Source: the human T2T-CHM13v2.0 reference genome, Homo sapiens
Assembly: GCF_009914755.1 (NCBI RefSeq)
Contig: NC_060939.1
Strand: one strand, 5' to 3'
Length of the DNA: 64,000 bases
In this document: one piece after another, positions 1 through 15,902 of the stretch
Layout: every line of letters starts with the position of its first letter
Position numbering within the stretch: the stretch's first letter is position 1
Made by a program: the position numbers and the translations under genes
Notes under the pieces: model-generated
Database searches by the model: none
What the model saw: only the letters and a program-made list of their open reading frames with translations
What the model was told of the DNA's origin: nothing

Positions 1-608
1 TTTAATAGCCCAATTTAAAAAAAAAACACATGCCTGAAAAAGTATATGTAAATATATAACATACATACACATCTAAGTGTGTGTGCATGTTTGTACACAT
101 ATATATATGTGTGCTTCTGTGTGTTTCTTCTGGCCCTGAAGTGTTAACAGAAACTATCTAGTGAATCACAAAATATGAGAAACAAGATTTCTAAGAAGAT
201 CATCAGTCCATTATCTAGATCTAAGGATGCTCATTTTATGAAAATAAATTTAATGATTACATATACCTTATTTCTTACATTTAATCTGACATTTAGACGT
301 ATTCCCAATGAATTGCACAAATATCCTAGCAACATTTCCAAAAGGTAATTTATTATTTACTAAATTACTATTTATATAAGGCTATTTCTCTGCTATTTGT
401 TTTGTTCTACTGATTTGTCTTTAGACTATTCCTAAACCAGTAGCACCCAGTTTTAACAATTATTGATTAACAATATACTTTAGAACTAAACAAATCACCT
501 ACAATCTACAACTCTTCCCCATAAATTTCATACTTTTAATATGTAAAAGATATTTATCAAGGATGCTCATTAAAACAATGTTTAAAATAGTAAATATAAA
601 AAATCTAA

Positions 609-914
<306 letters not shown>

Positions 915-1165
915 AAAAACCTAGTATGTTATCCAGCAAGAAAGGAATGATTAAATACATTATGGTATTAATAGTGAGAAAAATATAAATCTTTTTTTAA
1001 GTTTGTCAGTTTCCAAAACAAATCCCATGTTTATTAAATTCATAATTTAATTTGTAAAATAGTCTATCATGTAGTTAATATATTATTTTTTATCATGGAA
1101 AATTTTGCTTTTCTTCATCTGGATCCTGGCCATTTCTCTCTCTATATATAGATATAGATATTTTT

Positions 1166-1241
1166 AAGGCTAGTCAAGTGAATCAGTGGGAATGGAGAAG
1201 GAACAAAGAACTCTGCAACTGGCTGTGATCAATTATTTGTA
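1166..1241 (-). pseudogene. Y3 RNA (RNY3) retrocopy, 5'-truncated
   Basis: The reverse complement TACAAATAATTGATCACAGCCAGTTGCAGAGTTCTTTGTTCCTTCTCCATTCCCACTGATTCACTTGACTAGCCTT matches the 3' ~75 nt of hY3 with a few substitutions; a short A tail follows. Confidence 0.9.
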
Positions 1242-2321
1242 TCATTTTTGTTACATTATGATTGAGTGAGTCTGTCCACTATATTTTGTAATCATATGTT
1301 AGTGGTAGAAAGATTCTGATTTTTACACCAGGCTACTTTAATCAATACTCTCATTAATTTCAATCACTTAACTCATTTTTTGGATCTTAACTGGTCAATT
1401 ACATATGGAAAAAATTATTTTTTTCCTCATTTCAAATTTGTATAATTCTTAGTTTTGTTCAGATCATAATGGACTAACTACAATTTACGTAAAATGTTAA
1501 ATAATACAGAGATGACTAGTCCGCATTTTCTAACTCCTTAGTTGATTTTTTGTTAACATTCCCCCAAGAACTTACAAAAAATTCAAGGTGAAGAAAGGGC
1601 GAGATAACTTTACTATTGAAGTATAAGAAACACCTTCATAGGAACTTAATCCATAACTTGCTTTTAGGGACAAAAGATTAATCTCAACAGACTAACAGGC
1701 AACCTACAGTAAAATATATAGCATACAGATATAAATGGGTCAAATTACTTAAAAGACAAAATAAAATTACCCTTCTTTGGAATAAAGTTCTAATTGGAAT
1801 GTTCAGATTCTCTTCTGCTAAAAGACTGTGAAACATCTTGTGTTCTTTAACATTCTACCAAAGTATGAAAATTTTAAAAGCCAAACCCTGAGTTTTGAAA
1901 CTATTGTGATCCTACCATATAAGTAGTCTTATAGCTTTTTGAAAATACTTTAAAAAATCTTAAGATTACCTATGTGCAACAACTGTTCCTGTCCAGTAAC
2001 ATGCAGCATCTTGTAAATGTTTTCATTTAATAGGGGCAAAGAAAATCTGCCAACATTTTACTTGCTAGTAAGTAGTTTCTCAAAAATTTAACAACATAAA
2101 ATATGCTCTATATGTTTAAAAGATTTAAAAACAAAGGATATAGAGAATATTTTTCTTGGATTAAAGTTTTTAAGTTTTATTTTAATTAAGAGCCATTACA
2201 GAAAATAGCACTATATACAAACATTTAAATAGTCCTTTGCCAGTTAACTGTGAAATAATGCAGCTCAAGTGTTATTTTGTATACTTGAATTTTATGAAAT
2301 TCAGTTTTTCCTTATATTTAC

Positions 2322-2377
2322 CTTTCAGAATTTGATGTTTCTGTTTCTCTTTCAGCCATGTTAGGTCTTGCAATTTC
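2322..2377 (-). CDS. ZNF280D: ZNF280D coding exon 15/15 (EIARPNMAERETETSNSES)
   Basis: tttcag|GAA acceptor, AG|gtaaat donor; 56 nt, phase 0->2; the next exon lies beyond position 1. Confidence 0.9.
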
Positions 2378-3612
2378 CTGAAATAATTAATAATACTTTT
2401 CTTTTACATTCACAGTTAATCTTAAAACTATTTTTATTATACTAAACTTTCTGGATAAAAGAAACAAGTGTGCAACTTAATATAACAAAGAAATAGAAAA
2501 ATAATTTATTAAATATAAAATATAATTAGAATACTCCATAATTATATGCAGGTTTTGAAAATGTTTTTAAACCTATAAAAGTTTCAGTGTACCAAAAGTT
2601 TCTGATTCAAGGTAAAAAAGCAGTTACCCACTCATGTCAATATCTGCTTTTCGTAACCTCTATTTCAAATGTGGATCATAATTACAATTACTTAAATAGA
2701 AAACTAGTAAAACACAACTTGAATTTGAATAACAAGATGCATCCACAGTATTTTATATAAATATATTAGGCACAGGTATTTAGATAAAACATTTCTGAAT
2801 TTATGATTTCATATTGAGTCATGGTAACCCTTCCACTGTCAAACCAAAAACATGAAACAGTACACAAAGTAAGAAACATTCTACTTATTTCAAATGTTTT
2901 ACAGGGAAGCAAGAAAAGTGTAAAACCTCAGTAAGCCATAGGCCAACCTAACAGCTTGTAACAATTACCAGCTATGGAGTACATATGATGCATGAAGCAG
3001 TATATTAAGAACTTTACATGCACTATCTCATTTAATCTACATATTAGATTTTATAAACACTATTTCAATATATGAGAAATAAGACTTGAGTGGGAACCCA
3101 AGGCAATACCACAATAAGTAGTAAAGATTCAAATCTATATCTACCTCTTAACCACTATGGTAGATCGACTCAAGCCTGTAAAATTGATAATGGTGTATTA
3201 ATCACACACACTTATCTACTCACCGTCTCAAAACTCTGCTAAAACAAGGGCAAAGAAATAAAATATTTTTACTCATAAAGATGAAGAAAACACCAAAGTA
3301 TACTAATTGCTAAACAGATTTCACCAAATGTTTAGAAACAGGAAAGTCATTGGAAGAGTGGTTACTGATTTAGCAGTATGGAGGAAGTTACAATGAATGT
3401 CTGCAGTGGAGGAGTGCAAGGAAAAGAGATCAATTTGCCCAGAGAACCAAAAACACCTGGTATTTGCAGGTGGTCAGTCTACTATTTAGTACATAAAAAG
3501 TAAAAACAAAGCATTGCTGGGAAATCTAAATGCTCCTTCCCCGCAACTTACACAACAGGCACCTATCCCTTCCCTTACCAAAGAGGCTAAAACTTAACTT
3601 CCTTCCTTCCTA

Positions 3613-4046
<434 letters not shown>

Positions 4047-4296
4047 TAAAAGTTAACTTTCTGAAGTGGAGATAGTCTAGACTTATGAACACCAGGAAAA
4101 GTAAAAGGCAGGCATGAGATACTGAGAAAACAAAGTTTTAGTAAAAGTCCACGTACTTAACAATCCTTCTCCCTGCCTGGCTTCCAGAATGCCAACAGCC
4201 AGAGAACTCACTCCCCAACCTAGCACTCTCAGCTAGAAGCTAGATTTCTCTCTGGAGAAAATGATCAACCCCAAAGAAAAAATTTTCCAGAATGAA

Positions 4297-4821
<525 letters not shown>

Positions 4822-4829
4822 TGAAGTCA

Positions 4830-5925
4830 CAACTCTTGGCATAAAAACAGAAGTGTGTAAAAATGGTGGCAAATTAATATAAATCAAGGCAGTAGCAACC
4901 TGTACTAGTAGTCATTGTATTCTTCACCACCATACACATTGTATTCTTCACACCACACCGAGACAAGTTAAAAAAAAAAACTTTATTAAATCTCAATCTT
5001 TGAGCTCATATCTTTTTAATATTTTGTGTGACAAAATGCAAAGAAAGTATGCATAAGTCACAACCATTGCCTACTGAAAATATTTGGGTCTGTGATTGAG
5101 TTGTGAGTTGTACTTAACCACATTTTTTTCATAGAACAGGATCATTTTTATTTTAAAGAATGACTGTCAAACTATGAATATCTAGACTAGAGTTTCAGTA
5201 GACTTTTTCTTTTTGAAAAATTAACAAAGTGAGCCTGTCATATCAAGGAAAACAACTGACAGTATTCGTTTCCAGTAATAAAATCAAGCAAAAACTCCTA
5301 CCCACCACTGATTAGATTAATGCTAATATTTACTGTGAGTGCTTGATATTATATAATGAAATATTTCAACATTTGGAAGATCCAGGGCACTTAAGGGGCC
5401 AATAAGTTCCAAATGACCAATGCATGATATTACAAAATTAGGCATGGATAAAAGATCCATTCAAAATATAAAACAGACAAACAGATTTTGATGTAACAAA
5501 GCAAAAAAAGTCAGTGATACGGAGCTAGATTCCACAGTGCAACAAGCAAGAAAACTTCCACTTTTGGTGCAGTATCAAAGGAGAATAATCACAATTATTG
5601 GAAAAGATTATTGAAGTACTGGGTGAGGCTGGGTATTCTTCATACATTTCAACCAAAAGAATGTATCACAACAGATTGGATTCAGAAACATGAGAATCCA
5701 ATTTTTTTCTACTAAGCTTGACATTAAAGAAATATGCAAAAGTGTAAAATCAAGCCATTCTTTCTCACTAAATTTCTGTTGCTTTGGAAAATAGTTATTT
5801 TTCAGAAAAAAAATGTGATTTATGTTAACATATATTTATTATTTTTATTTTTGACAATAGTTTTAAAATATCATTATTTCAATTTCTAATATGGTAAACA
5901 TTAGTAATTTTTGAGACTACAAAGG
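4830..5925 (+). mobile_element. Charlie1-like hAT DNA transposon fragment
   Basis: Recognisable Charlie1 segments (acaaagtgagcctgtca..caaggaaaacaactgacagtatt; aatgaccaatgcatgatattacaaaat...aaagatccattcaaa); boundaries approximate. Confidence 0.7.
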
Positions 5926-6049
5926 ATATATTTAAATAGTATCCGCAGGAGTTCTGCAGTGTTCAACCTGAATGGCTATGCAAGACAGCCCTGTCTCCAT
6001 TCAAACACATACGGTTTTCAATGATTATTTTAGCCTCATTCTTTAATTA

Positions 6050-7320
6050 TGTATGGGCGGGTAAGGATCACCACATAACAAAAGACATACCTTAACATGA
6101 AAAATACCAAAAAAAACAAAAAGGAATAAAGAAAGGGGCTTGGAGACATCAGATACATTGCTGGGAACAAAAGAAAAAAGTATATATACAATATTTAATA
6201 TCTCCAAAGAGGTATATGTTATTATATCCATTAAACAGTAACAAAAACTGTAAAAAAGAGAATTAAAGAACAAATAAAAAGTTACAGAGCTCTTCAAAAT
6301 TACAAATATGGCAACTAAAATAAGTAATTAAGTTTAGAAAATTATTTAAAAAGATTGAAACAAAAAAACAAAAAGATGAAAGGCCAGAAAGAAAATAACA
6401 TACAATTAAATGAGCTAAAAAAAAAAAAAGGAGTTGATGCAGGAGGCTCAGTGTCAGAACAATGTCAGAACAATAGGAGTTTCTTAAAAAAAGGAGAACA
6501 CAGAAAATAAAAGTGAGCATTTACCACAGAAATGAAACAAGAAAACTTCTCCCAAACAGAAATCTCCAAACTCCAAAGGTTTGTCAGATGCCTAATACAA
6601 TGAATGAAAAAAGGATGGGTGAACATATCATGCGATTTCAAAACACCAGTGACAGAGATAATCACTAAAGTTTCCAAAAAGAAAAAAAGTAACCTAAATA
6701 CCAAGAAACTGGAGCAAGACATGCATTAGACTTAATACAAATACTGGATATAAGAAGATAGTAAAAACAACATTTTAAAAACTGCATGGGAATTATTTTT
6801 ATGTACTTCAGCCAAACTATCATTCGCATAAATATATTTTTAGATATGCAAAAACTGAAAAAAGATGCACACCTTCTCAGGAAGCTAGTAGAGGACACAA
6901 TTCATCAAAATGATGAGTAAGCCAAGAAATTAGGAATAATTCATGGTTCAGCAAACAGGACATCCAATACAAGGGAGTGGCAAAGGATAATCTTGACATA
7001 ACAAAACTAAGCACAGGCTTAGGGAGCAACTAGTTTAAGTTGAGGCGGGGAGTCTGGGAGGAGATCTTCAGACCCCTTCACTCCCCAGCGATTTTTTTTT
7101 TATGTGTGTGAACACTGGAAAAACTATTTCCAAATATTTGAGAGAGAAATTGCAACGTTAGAAAAAAATACAGCATTAGGTGCACAGAAAACTAAACAAA
7201 CGAGTAAAAAAGATACATATTTTTAACTCCAGAAAAATAACATAAGGTACAGAAAAGGAAAAGAAATCATGGGGTACTTTCTGGCTCAGCATAACAGTCT
7301 CAAAAATTTTGATGTAACTA
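6050..7320 (+). mobile_element. Ancient L1 ORF1-type/HAL1 fragment
   Basis: A-rich degenerate ORF1-like sequence (aacaagaaaacttc...cagccaaactatcattc); boundaries approximate. Confidence 0.5.
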
Positions 7321-7329
7321 TTCTGCAAT

Positions 7330-8897
7330 CAGTGCTATACCAAGCCATATTGAAGCCTGAGGCAAAAGAAAAAATGAATGCCCCTATAAGTTTTGCTTTG
7401 TGTGTGGTGTGTTTTTGTTTTGTTTTTTGTTTTTAGCAACAGGGTCTCACTTTGTTTCCCAGGCTGGTCTCTAACTCCTAGACTTAAGCAATCCTCCCAG
7501 CTCTGTCTCCAAAGTGATGGGATTACAGGTGTGTGCCATTGTGCCCAGCCTGTTTCTGTGTATTTAAAAAATTTTTTTTCTAGAATGTTAGTCAGAAAAA
7601 TATTGAAAAATTTAAAAGTAGGAGAATTAAACTCACATTAGCTTAAACTTAAAGATTTTATTTATGCCAAAAACAGTATTATTTTATTCTCCTGGCTAAT
7701 GGAAGCAAATGCATCAACAGTACATTTTCAAATCTAATTCTTTTCTTATTTTGTTTTCAAATGAGCAAACTGTCATGTACAATTTCTCTTGAACAAGTGA
7801 CAATCATAAAAAAATGTTATATTAACTTCAGTTTACAGTAAGCTTCATTTGCAGGATTCCACTGTGGCTGGAATTGTTTAAAATTTTTGAATACCATTTC
7901 CAAATCTGTTTAAGACTGCACTAAGCAAAATATGTTAAGAAGGTTTAGAAGACCCAAACACAAACTTGATTGTATGTTATTGATATCAAATGCTGCTTTA
8001 AACTATTTCATATAGAATTTCTATAGAATTTAAATCGTCAGAATATTTAAGTGCAAACTTAGTGGCTCGTCTTTGTAAATCAGATGTATTTATACAAAAC
8101 AATTTTTCTCCAGTTTAGAAATTCAAAATCTGAAAACATTTCACTGAATTTTTTATATCTCTATACAAAATATGAAATTAGGGCATTTATAATCTTAATT
8201 TCTATTTAATAAGCACTGCCCTCATAATTATCAATACTCTTCACCCAGTGACTCATGCATTTCTCATTTGTTTACTTTTTTCATTTATTTTAAAATTTGA
8301 GAAGAATATGCATATCTCTTGCTCAAGTTTTATGTTCATCAAATACACTTTCAAAATTACCTTCAATTGTTGTAAGCAAAGGGATAGGCCTTTTATTAAG
8401 TGTGTAGCTTTATATTAGTCATGTTTACTGACTGTAAAGCTTTAGCTTCTTCCACTTGGCTCAAAATATCCATACAGATAATCTGCATAACACTTTGTAA
8501 TCTATTCATACCAATATGCTTTCAATTTCAGCATAATGTATTTTGTCATTTGATATTATATCTTTTAATATTTGATAATCATCTTTAATTTGTGTGCAAA
8601 GTGTCTCAACTGCATTTATCTTGATGCCCATAATGTAACTATATGTGATTTTAATGTCGTTTTTAGACCAGACAAGAATATCCTGTTTGCTCACTGAATT
8701 CCCCTACCCCTAAACTATATATCCTTTGTACAATACTAAAAAAGTTGATCATATTTAAATTCACAGAATGCAGCATTTTCTTCTGTTAAATTATGATGAG
8801 TTAAACAAGGAACAAATTAGGCATAATTATTTTAGGGGCAAACAGTGGCTTGTATACCCCTGTATAAACCGGAAACATTTGCTCCATTATATCCCTG
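7330..8897 (-). mobile_element. hAT-Tip100-like DNA transposon fossil (Zaphod/Arthur-type), interrupted by an Alu monomer
   Basis: The minus strand at ~7780-7880 encodes a decayed hAT dimerisation motif, TIPATVESCK*S(fs)KLKLI; partial terminal inverted match cagtgctata / tatatccctg. Confidence 0.6.
7415..7550 (-). mobile_element. Alu left monomer (FLAM/AluJ-like)
   Basis: agggtctcactttgtttcccaggctggtctctaactcc...gattacaggtgtgtgccattgtgcccagcc. Confidence 0.85.
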
Positions 8898-10079
8898 GCC
8901 AGAATTTTTAATGTAAATGCGATAAACAGAAATGAAGACTACATAAAGAAATGAAGAGTATAGGAAATGGTAAAAATAAAGGTAAATATAAAGCTAATTT
9001 TAAAGTTTTTAATTGCCCTAAAAAAACTGTCTAAAGTAAAAACTGTAATACTGCATTCTGTGTATTTACAACATGTTTAAAATTAAAATATATAATAAGA
9101 ATAGAAAAAGCACACAAACTGTCAATATCATGAATGAGAGGGGATATCACTGCAGATTCCAAAGATTACAAAGACAATAAGGGATACTATAAGCAACTTT
9201 CTCAATATACATAAGATTCGAGTTCAACATATTAGGTAAAATGAACCCATTCCTCAAAAAAACTACAAACTACCGAAACTCCCTCAAGAAGAAATAGATT
9301 AAAAAATTTAAAAACCTGCATCTGTTAAAGAAATTTGTAGTTGAAAAACTTTTAAACAAAAGAAAACTTTCTATGGTACAAAAGAAAGCTGCTTGGAAGA
9401 AGGCTGATACTTCTGCCTGGATTTCACTTATATTATGCGCCATTCAAGACAAAGTATTCAAAAGATAAATGCCAAATCTACCTCACTTCATTACACTCAA
9501 AAAGAGGCAAACAATCATTAAGTAATATCAACATAAATTGACATCAAGAAAGCAAGTAGTTGAGCAAAACTATTTCTACAGTCATCTATTAGACTGTCCG
9601 GTAAATAACATTTATATGATAATTCTGAGTTCTGCATTCAGAGTACTTGTTTAAAACATATTTAAGATACATCCAAAATATTTCTATTTTAAAAATTAGT
9701 TTAACCTTTTGACAGTTAAAATATCCCAGAAAATTAAACCTGGAAAGATTAATTTTTCCAGTGTGCCAAATGATTGAGGTTTTACTGATTTGGGGATTTT
9801 TAATTCATAAATTTATCTCCATTACTCACTAGTTGAACTAAATAACAGGCAAGTGAAATATAAGATGTCTTTGTCAAAACAAGAATACCTTAAAATTTTA
9901 CTTAGGGCTAGATATTTTTATATGTAATGAAAAATTTTAAATCTCGATTTTTTTTCTTCCTCACAACATCCCAAATATTGTTGATGTATGCATGCTGAAA
10001 TTGAAAAAAAATTTTATATCATACCAATAATACTTTCAAATGTATAAACCTTTAAGGTATAAAGTAAAACAAACTTTAC

Positions 10080-10125
10080 CTTAGACACAGGTTCTTGTTC
10101 CTTTGCGGGAGCTTCTTTTTTTAAT
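10080..10125 (-). CDS. ZNF280D: ZNF280D coding exon 14/15 (ELKKEAPAKEQEPVSK)
   Basis: ttttcaag|ATTA acceptor (AAG type), AAG|gtaaag donor; 46 nt, phase 2->0. Confidence 0.9.
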
Positions 10126-12623
10126 CTTGAAAACAAGATAAGTATTGAATATTTTATTTTATATGTACGATGGTAAAATATGAAACAGTTCTTTCTCTGC
10201 CAGCCTAAAATAATTAAAATGTAGATCGAAACTAATGTACATTTTATACTTTAATAGTAAATTGACCTCTGTAAATGTTTTAAGGTAAAAGTTAAACGTA
10301 TGAGACTAAATAGTAGATTCGATAAATGTGCTAAATCAATAAAGACATTTATTTCCTTGTTCTCTAAAAACAAGGACACTTAAGAAATGTTCTCTTTGCT
10401 AAGTACAATTTAAAATAAAAGACATACACATTAGTAAAACAGTTTCAAAACAAGAATTACTCTTTAAAAATTAAAAGCAGGTTATATGCTTACATAAGTA
10501 ATATGCATCAGTATTTACGATTACAGGACTTAAGTGAAAAAAGATAAATATTTTATCTATTGTGAAATTCAACTAAATATAACAATATTATAGTTAACTT
10601 ACTCTGGAGGCAGTAAAATCACAGAAGTAATTAGAATTTTGAGGAATATATTCTCTTTAAAACCTCCATAAGCACTGCTCAAATATTAAAACTTCTTGAT
10701 TTCTAAAAATATTAATTATAACTTATTAAAACATTAACAAAGGTATATGCCATCCAGAAAATCTTGTAAAATAATCAATTTAATCTAAGAACTAGCTTAT
10801 CCAAAGGATCTTTGTTTTAGAAGCTGCAGAAATGACTAAATATTATTTGTGATATTATACATTAAACTCAATTTTAATCTGTGTAAGTAGGGTACCTACC
10901 TGATCTGAAATGTCATTAATCAAGAGTTAAGTGATACATAATTTTATGAAGGCTTAATAGCTATACCTAAGGAATAACATATTTAACATAAGCAGCAACT
11001 ATATTATCTTAAATTTCATTGACAAAAAAAAAGATATCTAATAGGATAGAAACGTCAACCATCCTAAAAGCTACTCTCATGGCTAATCAATGAAACAGAG
11101 TTGGCAAAACCCTCCTTCTTCATCCATCCTTTGAGGGCATATTTGAAAAATTAGGGCTATAAATGTTTATACTTTGTTAAACATTAATAATTAACTGTAT
11201 GAAATTACTTATCTGTATTTTAGCTATTAGGCAAAACTGCTACTTAATATAGATTATGTCCTTTGTAAAACCACTATATTGGCAGTGCACTACAATAATT
11301 TACAACCAACTTGTTAAGCCAATTAAAATGAATAAAACTTGCAGAAAAAATTGACAAAAGACACAAATGTCAATCATTTTGGGGGTTAAAGATTTTGTAA
11401 TTGTCTCAAGTATTTAATTGTGCACAATACTTATAAAGATGAGATCACATCAAGTATACAGTATAACTTCACTGCTTTAATGCAGTATAAAGGAAAATAA
11501 GTTTTAAGAATAAAATTAGTTATGAAGTACTAAGAAAACATGAAACATTAGTCTAAAAAAGCAAAAAGCATGAAAAAGCAAATTAATGAAGTTTTGAAAT
11601 AAATGTGTATATTACAACTCATTTTTATTTCTAAGCATTTAGTCATTTTAAATTCAGTTTGAAAAACAAATTGGTCACAGAACAATTTAAATATTTCATG
11701 AAAGATTTTTCTCCCTCAACTTATCGTAGTAAATGTTATCAAAGTAAGACCTATTATATTCTTATAAAAGAAATATCACCATGCTAATCATTTTAGCATA
11801 TGCCTATTATAATAAATTAATTGTATGCAGCTATTAAAATGAGCCCCGTTAAGTATGTTCATTATTGCTGGCATTTCAACAGAGGAAACACAGTCCTCTT
11901 GCTATCTCTGTGATGGAGGTTGGTGACAGAGGTTTTTATCACTCTTTATTGTACTGGCAAGAAACTGGTAGGTGAGAACAAAGTAAGTTATTGAAATAAC
12001 TTGCATTAAGAGGCCTATGATTTCAATCTTGTTTTGTGCCTTTTACCATATTAGTACTCTCTTTAAGGAACAGAATCGTAATAACTAGTGAACACATTTA
12101 GAAAAATAAATCTTAAAAATATTTAGAAAAGCACACAATAAATTTTAAATTATAAAATGCATCACTAAAATGTACACTCAAACTTTGAACTACAAAAGTA
12201 TACTTTAAGATTAATACTACTAACACATCATTAACACTTTTAGAAAAGAAAAATTTTCTTACCTATAATTCTTATTTACTAAAGATACCTGCTGAAATAG
12301 TCATTATTTTAGACATTCAATTACTTTGGTAGAAGACAGAAATTTGCTAAGCTCAAAGTTCTGAGCTAATGACCCACCATTAGGTAATTATACTTTCCAC
12401 CTGTGAATGTTACAATACTTCTTAATAGAAAAATATAGTGTAGTATTTATAGCAAACACTATTTAAAATTTCAATGCAAAGAGAACAGGACTGACTGGTG
12501 ATCAATTTCAACATCATTAGTGATCAAGATTGCAAGAAATAACTTTTCCCCTCTATGAAAATCTGCTGAAATAGATCTTTCTGATGTATTTCTACAGGAC
12601 AAGCTTTTCCCTCTAAAGACTAA

Positions 12624-13008
<385 letters not shown>

Positions 13009-13244
13009 TAGTAGTATGTTCCTTTGAGGTTTCATTCACACTATAAACATACCATGGGGTGAGGGGAAGAACTATAAGGGGAAAAATATTCAGATTCATT
13101 TCAGCTAGGCCACATTCTTTCTTTCTGATGACATTTAAAAGCCAAAATTTTCAATGCTGATGTTAGAAATGTAATCTTTAAGAATATTTGTAAGCATACT
13201 AAAAAAGTTGAAAAGAGGCTGTAAAGCAACCAGTAGTAAAGTCA

Positions 13245-13600
<356 letters not shown>

Positions 13601-14657
13601 AGACCATTCACTGAGACATTCAGGGACTAAATTTAATATAGTAATCATCAGACTAAGACATAACAGTAAAACATCTACTCTACCATTTCTGATCATTTGT
13701 TCTGAGAATTATCAATATATTTATATGTGGAAAGGATGCCTGAGCAAAACATTTACCAGGTTGTACATATTTCAGGGATTGTACTAAGTGTTCCAGTCCA
13801 AAGTTAAAAAAGACTGTCTCTCCTCTCAAGGAGTTCACTGTGAAGAAAACACAATGAAGCAAATGTTTACATTATGAAAAGGTTTAGAAAAGACATCTTT
13901 GTTCAGAGACCTAAGCCACTATGAAAGGGAAAGAGGCAAGGAAGCAATGAAGATACTACAGTGAACTTGGTTTTGCAAAAAGAGCAAGAATTAGCAAAGC
14001 AGAGTAAGGAGATCCAAGGCAGAGAAAAAGCAAAGAAGTATGAAACAGAGAAAGTATGAAAAAGCAAAGAAGTATGAAACAAGATGACAATATGAGAATT
14101 GGTGGTCTCATATCACTGAAATGTCAGGCACAAAGCAAAGTAGTCCAAGATGAAACTGAAAACATACAAGAGCCTCTTCAGGGAAGGTCTTGATTGCCAT
14201 GCTAAAGTGTTCATGCTAAGAACTTTAATGCTAATAGGAAAGTATGACCAAATTTGTGCATCAGAAAGACAAAGGTCTGTATTGGTAGAAGACAAGCTGA
14301 GAGTCCAGTTAAGAGACAGTTAATGACTTTCTCAATTAAAACAGTAACAGTGTCAATGGAGAAAAGGTTGGTTTAGGGAGATGAGAACAAGTTAAAACCA
14401 AAAGAATGTAAGTATACACTGGATAAAGGTAAATGTGGAGAACAAATATGACCCCCTCAAATGCCTGCCCTGGCTGGTAAGAGATTATTCATGATATGGA
14501 ATTCGAAGAAGGGAGAAAGCATTCTTTGAGGGAAAAATAAATTCAGTTTTGGACATATTGGATTTGTGGTGCTTACAGAACATTCATATGGAAATATTTA
14601 CCACTCAGACCTGCCTCTTGTGTATCTCATCCTTATACACAATTCCAACCACAACTT

Positions 14658-15007
<350 letters not shown>

Positions 15008-15659
15008 TGACTCCTCCATTTTTAATACACTTTGTTATTTTTCAAACAGTTGACAATTCAGTTCAGAAACATCACAGTGTATTAGACTTGGGTCCTAAGA
15101 GATTATATTATTCAACTACCCCCATCTTGCAGATGAGAAAATCTGAGGCCTAAAAATGCTAAAGTTATAAAGCCATTAAGCAATAGAAGGAGGATTAAAT
15201 GTGTGGGTTCTACTTCAAATTTCCACTGCACTGCCTCAAGCCAATTCCTCTCCTGTGAACCAGGCTCCCTTATGATCATGCCAGGGAAACTGAAAACCTT
15301 AACTGATCTCTCTGCCTCTATATGTTTTCCACTCTAAAACATGCTGAGTATCACTGCTAAATTAATCCTACTAAAAGACCAGTTTATACCATTCTTTGCT
15401 CAAATGTTATATTGCCCAAACATCATTAGGGCAGTATTTCTATGAAGTTTGAGCAATAGAACATAGGATTGGGACAGTAAACTGGTATGCTAGATTACTG
15501 TCCCAATCGTATGATTGTGTCAGTTGCTGCCTACCCTTCTGCAGAAAGAGGGCCTTAACACTGAAGCTTAGTCCTATCCAGTTTCTTGGCCAATCACAAA
15601 CAAGGCAGGATGTACACCTGGAACTACAAGCAGAAGCAGAGAAGCAATAGAGGATACTA

Positions 15660-15902
15660 CTGAGTAGTTTAGTCTCTGAAGACAGACTGACAGAATTTAA
15701 ATTGAGGCTCTCCACTTAACAGGTATGTGCGACCTTGGGCAAATTATTTAACATATCTGTATCTCAGTTGTCTCATCCATAAAATCAGACAGTAACAGCT
15801 CATATCTCACAAATATGTGAGAATTAAATGAGTAAATAAATGCAAAACACTTAGAAAAGTGTCTGCCACACTGTATGTGCTCAGTAAATGTTAGTTATTA
15901 TT
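15660..15902 (+). mobile_element. MIR SINE
   Basis: MIR core gtgcgaccttgggcaaattatttaac...ctcagtt.tctcatccataaaat and 3' gtgctcagtaaatgttagttattatt. Confidence 0.8.

Noticed and set aside
12263-12291. Possible 26/29-nt NAGNAG microexon with a TAG|gtaaga donor
   Set aside because: The polypyrimidine tract is weak and there is an immediate stop; it cannot be told apart from chance without RNA data.
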